DNA from: Azolla caroliniana
Taxonomy: Eukaryota; Plantae; Polypodiophyta
DNA length: 64,000 nt
Assembly: GCA_043228905.1 (NCBI GenBank)
Contig: JBHGNT010000012.1
Location: 4,588,001 to 4,652,000, forward strand
Direction: 5' to 3'
The notes beneath the pieces were generated by a model. It had not been told where the DNA came from, searched no databases, and was given only the letters and a program-made list of their open reading frames with translations. Both the position numbers and the translations under genes were made by a program. Of the stretch, positions 58,101 through 64,000 are shown in pieces; positions within the stretch are counted from its first letter, which is position 1, and each line of letters begins with the position of its first letter.

Positions 58101-60806
58101 GTCGACCGGTGAGGATCAACTCTACAAGGAGCAGTCCCGACCGGCAAGGGACCGGTTAGCACTCGAGGATCCGGCCGAAGACGGTGAAGAAACAGAACCG
58201 GCCGAGGAAGATGAAACTGATCCCGGAACCGGCCCCGATCCTGAAATGGATTCGGATGAAGAGGAAACGGAGGAGCCGGTTACCGAAGCTCCGGAACGGA
58301 GATATCCTCTAAGAGAGAGAAGGGCCCCCCGGAGATTTCCGGAACCAGAGCACGTGCTGCTAACCGACGAAGGGGAGCCGGAGAGTTTTCAAGAAGCAAA
58401 GCTTGACACCCATAGCCGCAGGTGGTTAAGTGCCATGCAGGAGGAGATGGATTCCCTGCATGAGAACCACACATATGAATTTGTGGAGTTGCCGAAAGGA
58501 AAGCGGGCACTTCGAAACAAGTGGGGGTTCAAGCTGAAACCGGGAGATGCCGGAAACCCCCCGAGATACAAAGCCAGGATCGTGGTGAAGGGGTTCCAGC
58601 AGAAGAAGGGCGTCGACTTCGACGAGATATTTGCCCCGGTAGTGAAGATGACCTCCATCCGGACGGTGCTAAGCATAGCGGCAAGCATGGACCTCGAGGT
58701 AGAACAGATGGACGTGAAGACGGCATTCCTTCACGGTGACCTCGAAGAAGAGATCTACATGCAGCAACCGGAAGGATTCGAGAAGAAAGGGAAGGAGCAC
58801 CTGGTATGCCGGTTGAAGAAGAGCCTTTACGGACTGAAGCAGGCTCCCCGGCAATGGTACCGGAAGTTCGACTCTTTCATGACCGACGAAGGGTACCACA
58901 AAACGCAGTCCGATCAGTGCGTGTTTGTGAAGAAGTTCGAAGGAGGAGACACTCTAATACTCCTCCTGTACGTGGACGACATGTTGATCGTCGGACGGGA
59001 CCAGGTCAAGATACGGATGCTGAAGAAAGCGCTTCACCGAACCTTCTCAATGAAGGACCTGGGTCCGGCGAGGCAAATACTAGGGATGCACATCATCCGG
59101 GACCGGAAGAAGAAGCAGTTGTGGCTGTCACAGGAGAAGTACGTGACAAAGGTGCTTCACCGGTTCAACATGTCGGAAGCAAGACCGGTCGGGTCAACCC
59201 TCCCGGCAAACTGCAAGTTGTCCAGCAAGCAAAGCCCCAAGACAAAGGCTGAGAAGGAGGACATGATGAAAGTACCATATGCCTCTGCCGTCGGAAGCTT
59301 GATGTACGCAATGGTGTGTACAAGACCAGACATAGGATATGCAGTCGGAGTGGTGAGCCGGTACATGAGCAATCCCGGCAAAGAGCACTGGAACGCGGCC
59401 AAGTGGATACTCCGATACCTGAAGGGCACGGCAAACGTGTGCCTCCGATTCGGCTCCGGTAAGCCCGAACTCGACAGCTTTACCGATTCGGATATGTCGG
59501 CTGATGCAGATACCAGCCGGTCCACATCAGGGTATGTGATGACGTATGCAGGGGGAGCTGTTTCGTGGCAGTCGAGGCTGCAGAAGACGGTTGCATTGTC
59601 AACCACGGAGGCGGAGTAAATGGCGGCTGTTGAAGCCGGCAAGGAAATGATATGGATGAAGGACTTCATTAGAGAGCTCGGTATCCGGCAGGAGGAGTAC
59701 CGACTCTACTGCGACAGTCAGAGTGCCATCCACCTTGCGAAGAACGCGGCCTATCACTCCCGGACGAAGCACATCCAGCGAAGATATCACTGGATCCGGG
59801 AAAGGATAGAAGACCAGGAGTTCGTGCTGACGAAGATCCACACGGACGAGAACGGGTCAGACATGCTGACCAAAGTGCTCACACCCGACAAGCTGGAAGC
59901 GTGCCGGAAGAGGGTCGGACTGGAAAGACATCCCATGCCGAAGTGAAGGGGGAGTTTGTTGGGATTACGGTCCCTCCGGATGGGATGGTCGGATGTCCGG
60001 TAATCGGGAATGAAGACCCGAATGAGGAGTACCCGGTATCGGAGCCGGATGATGAAGAACCGGTTCCGGAGCCGGATGATGAAGACCCGGTTCCGGATCC
60101 GGATGATGAAGACCCCGGCTACGGAGCCGGATGATGAAGACCCCGGCTACGGAGCCGGATGACGAATGTACCCGGAGAGAGATCCGGATGCGGGGACATA
60201 TTTGTGAATATGTTTGCCAAGGGCCCTTGAGGCTATATTTGTAAATAGCCCGAAAGTCATATGTGTATAAATATGACTTAGGGCAAACAGTTTTGGTGGT
60301 TGTTGCTCATTTTTCTGTTTTCCACTTAGAGGGAGCGAAGTGAGAGCAGCAGAGAGTGAGAGAGAGAGAGAAAGGAAGAGGTCGACGCCTCTGTGTAATA
60401 CCGCCGCCTGTGGCAAGGACAGCGAGCTCAAGGTTGTCGCCCTGCAGCTCGCCATTGTACATTCCCTGCGTATAGTGATAGTTGGAGTCTTGCACTCCCG
60501 TGGTTTTTCCCGTCTAGGGTTTTCCACGCTAAACCCTGTGCATTCGAGTCTCTCTCTGTGTTATCGATTTTCTGCTGCATTGATTCGTGTTTCCTCGGTT
60601 GTGGTCGAGAGGTGAAGAAATTGAAAGCGTCAATTCCTAACACATAGAATCATATTCTATGACACATAATTTATGAGCTTTCACATTCCCCATGCTCCAT
60701 GAGTCTTGTAGTTAATGAAGAGAGAGGGTGACTACATAAAGCACCCTCCTCCCACCTTGTAAAACGTTGGGTCTTTCTCCTTTGTGAATATACTTTAACC
60801 TTGCGT

Positions 60807-60875
<69 letters not shown>

Positions 60876-61509
60876 TAACTCACATCTCTTCCGCTTCACA
60901 AGAATCCATCTCTTGATTCTTTACATGGTATCAGACCGAGGTTGGTAGCTCGATCTAGCCCATTCGCCTCATCGTGATCGTGTGTTGTGCTCCACGCCGA
61001 CGACCAAGAACTGGCTCATCGCTATTGTAGCTTTGCTACATAGCTCGCATTCGAAGAGAGAAGAACAAGAAGAAGAATCGACATAATGAATACTCAAATG
61101 GGGAACGCTCTCCCTACCGAGAAGTTGGATCAAAACAACTTCGCATCTTGGGAGTACAAGATGCACCAATACCTTGTCGGACAAGGCTATTGGAGCTACA
61201 TCAAAGGAGCGCATGAAGACCAACCCGCCGAAGCGGCTCCCAGATACGCGACATGGGAGCAAGCCGCAAGCCGCGTGATGTATTGCTTGGTGACATGTGT
61301 TCATCACCACATGCTCGGTTACATTCGAGAAGCCAAGACGCCTAAGGAAGCGTGGGAAAATCTACGAAAGATTTTCGCCGCCAACACGACCGCGAGGAAG
61401 CTTCAACTCCGCCAAGAGTTGAACAACATTCAACAAAGGGACGTGTCCATCACGACATACACCTTGAAGATCAAGAAGATTTGCGACTCGCTCGGCTCAA
61501 TAAGCGTAA
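55173..61509 (+). mobile_element. 5' part of a copia element (family C LTR 55173-60925, PBS at 60926, gag from 61086), interrupted twice by family-B copia
   Basis: LTR matches the solo LTR at 14662. PBS TGGTATCAGACC. Gag EKLDQNNFASWEYKMHQYL is related to family A. Confidence 0.9.
55298..60642 (+). mobile_element. Young full-length Tnt1/Tork-like copia element (family B) with an integrase deletion and an RH nonsense codon
   Basis: 686-bp LTRs 55298-55983 and 59957-60642 (4 substitutions seen), TSD CATAG, PBS TGGTATCAGAGC at 55987, PPT GAAGGGGGAG. ORFs 56006-57448, 57445-59619 and 59620-59946. Confidence 0.97.
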
Positions 61510-64000
61510 TGTTGGAAACAGCGCTCGGCCACAACCGAGGAATAGGATCAACTCACAGAAAACGGGAAAATACAAAGTGCACGAGGACAATAGAGAGAAG
61601 AGTACGCAGGATGTTTTACGTGGAAAACCCTAAATGGGAAAAAACCACGGGAGTCCTCAAGCTCCAACTATCACTATACACAGAGATGTACAATGGTGAA
61701 GCTACAAGGCAACAACCTTGAGCTCACTGTCTTCGCCACAGGCGGCGGCAGTACACAGAGGCAACGACCTCTTTGTCTCTCTCTCTCTCTCTCTCTCGCG
61801 GCTGCTCACTTTTCTCTCTCTCAGCTGAAAACATAAAAATGAGCAACAACATCAAACTGTTTGCCCTAAGTCATATTTATACACATATGACTTTCGGGCT
61901 ATTTACAAATATAGCCTCAAGGGCCCTTGGCAAACATATTCACAAATATGTCCCCGCATCCGGATCTCTCTCCGGGTACATACGTCATCTGGCTCCGTAA
62001 CCGGGGTCTTCAGCATCCGGCTCCGTAACCGGGGTCTTCATCATCCGGATCCGTAGCCGGGTACCCTTCATCCGGCTTCATGCCGGGTACTCTTCATCAC
62101 CCGGTTCCGTAACAGCCTCCGGGCTTGCCGTCATTCATCTCCGGACATCCCATCCGGAGGGACCGAAATCCCAACAAACTCCCCCTTCACTTCGGCATGG
62201 GATGTCTCTCCAACCCGATCCTCTTCCGGCATGCTTCCAGCTTGTCGGGTGTGAGCACCTTAGTCAGCATATCCGACCCGTTCTCGTCCGTGTGGATCTT
62301 CGTCAGCACGAACTCCTTGTCTTCTATCCTTTCCCGGATCCAGTGGTATCTACGCTGGATGTGTTTCGTCCGGGAATGGTAGGCCTCGTTCTTCGCAAGG
62401 TGGATGGCACTCTGACTATCGCAGTAGAGTCGGTACTCCTCCTGCCGGATACCGAGCTCTCTAATGAAGTCCTTCATCCATATTACTTCCTTGCCGGCTT
62501 CAATAGCCGCCATGTACTCCGCCTCCGTGGTTGACAACGCAACCGTCTTCTGCAACCTCGACTGCCACGAAACGGCTCCCCCTGCATATGTCATTACATA
62601 CCCTGATGTAGACCGGCTGGTATCCGCATCAGCCGACATGTCCGAATCGGTAAATCCATCGAGTTCGGGCTTACCGGAGCCGAATCGGAGGCACACGCTT
62701 GCCGTGCCCTTCAGGTATCGGAGTATCCACTTGACCGCGTTCCAGTGCTCCTTGCCGGGATTGCTCATGTACCGGCTCACCACTCCGACTGCATATCCTA
62801 TGTCTGGTCTTGTACACACCATTGCGTACATCAAGCTTCCTACGGCAGAGGCATATGGTATCTTCATCATATCCTCCTTTTCAACCTTTGTCTTGGGACT
62901 TTGCTTGCCGGATAACTTGCAGTTTACCGGGAGGGTCGATCCGACCAGTCTTGCTTCCGACATGTTGAACCGTTGAAGCACCTTTGTCACGTACTTCTCC
63001 TGTGACACCCACAACTGCTTCTTCTTCCGGTCCCGTATGATGTGCATCCCTAGTATTTGCCTCGCCGGACCCAGGTCCTTCATTGAGAAGGTTCGGTGAA
63101 GAGCTTTCTTCAGCATCCGTATCTTGCCCTGGTCCCGTCCGACGATCAACATGTCGTCCACGTACAGGAGGAGTATTAGAGAGTCTCCTCCTTCGAACTT
63201 CTTCACAAACACGCAGTGATCGGACTGCGTTTTGTGGTACCCTTCGTCGGTCATGAAGGAGTCGAACTTCCGGTACCATTGTCGGTGAGCCTGCTTCAGT
63301 CCGCAAAGGCTCTTCTTCAACCGGCATACCAGGTGCTCCTTCCCTTTCTTCTCGAATCCTTCCGGTTGCTGCATGTAGATCTCTTCTTCGAGGTCACCGT
63401 GAAGGAATGCCATCTTCACGTCCATCTGTTCTACCTCGAGGTCCATGCTTGCCGCTATGCTCAGCACCGTCCGGATGGAGGTCATCTTCACTACCGGGGC
63501 AAATATCTCGTCGAAGTCGACGCCCTTCTTCTGCTGGAACCCCTTCACTACGATCCTGGCTTTGTATCTCGGGGGGTTTCCGGCATCTCCCGGTTTCAGC
63601 TTGAACACCCACTTGTTTCGAAGTGCCCGCTTACCTTTCGGCAACTCCACAAGTTCATATGTGTGGTTCTCATGCAGGGAATCCATCTCCTCCTGCATGG
63701 CACTCAACCACCTGCGGCTATGGGTGTCAAGCTTTGCTTCTTCAAAACTTTCCGGCTCCCCCTCGTCGGTTAGCAGCACGTGCTCTGGTTCCGGAAATCT
63801 CCGGGGGGCCCTTCTCTCTCTTAGAGGATATCTCCGTTCCGGAGCTTCGGTAACCGGCTCCTCCGTTTCCTCTTCATCCGAATCCATTTCGGGATCGGGG
63901 CCGGTTCCGGTATCAGTTTCATCTTCCTCGGCCGGTTCTGTTTCTTCACCGTCTTTGGCCGGATCCTCGAGTGCTAACCGGTCTCTTGCCGGTCGGGACT
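61510..64000 (-). mobile_element. 3' half of another family-B copia element (RT-RH, PPT, 3' LTR 61510-62176), continuing beyond the window
   Basis: Uninterrupted ORF 62187-63887 nearly identical in protein to 58246-59946; PPT at 62177-62188. Confidence 0.95.

Overview
Eukaryotic plant genomic DNA, most likely from a seed-free plant (inferred from the betaine-lipid gene and the retroelement types). The first ~10 kb is AT-rich. It holds two LINE remnants and one intron-rich minus-strand host gene, a BTA1-like betaine lipid (DGTS) synthase with 17 coding exons (~662 aa). In that protein the C-terminal BtaA/DUF3419 domain is well conserved, but the SAM-binding motifs of the N-terminal methyltransferase are degenerate. 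From ~10.6 kb to the end is a nest of Ty1/copia and Ty3/gypsy LTR retrotransposons. The centrepiece is an apparently intact, very young gypsy element (34414-41702). It has a tRNA-Trp primer site, 4-bp target duplications and a Gag-protease / RT-RH-IN split joined by a predicted -1 frameshift (GGAUUUU-UAG plus a covarying pseudoknot). Seven of 8 independent junctions of this family fall on a 4-mer with a central CpG. All calls are by eye; no searches or alignments were run.
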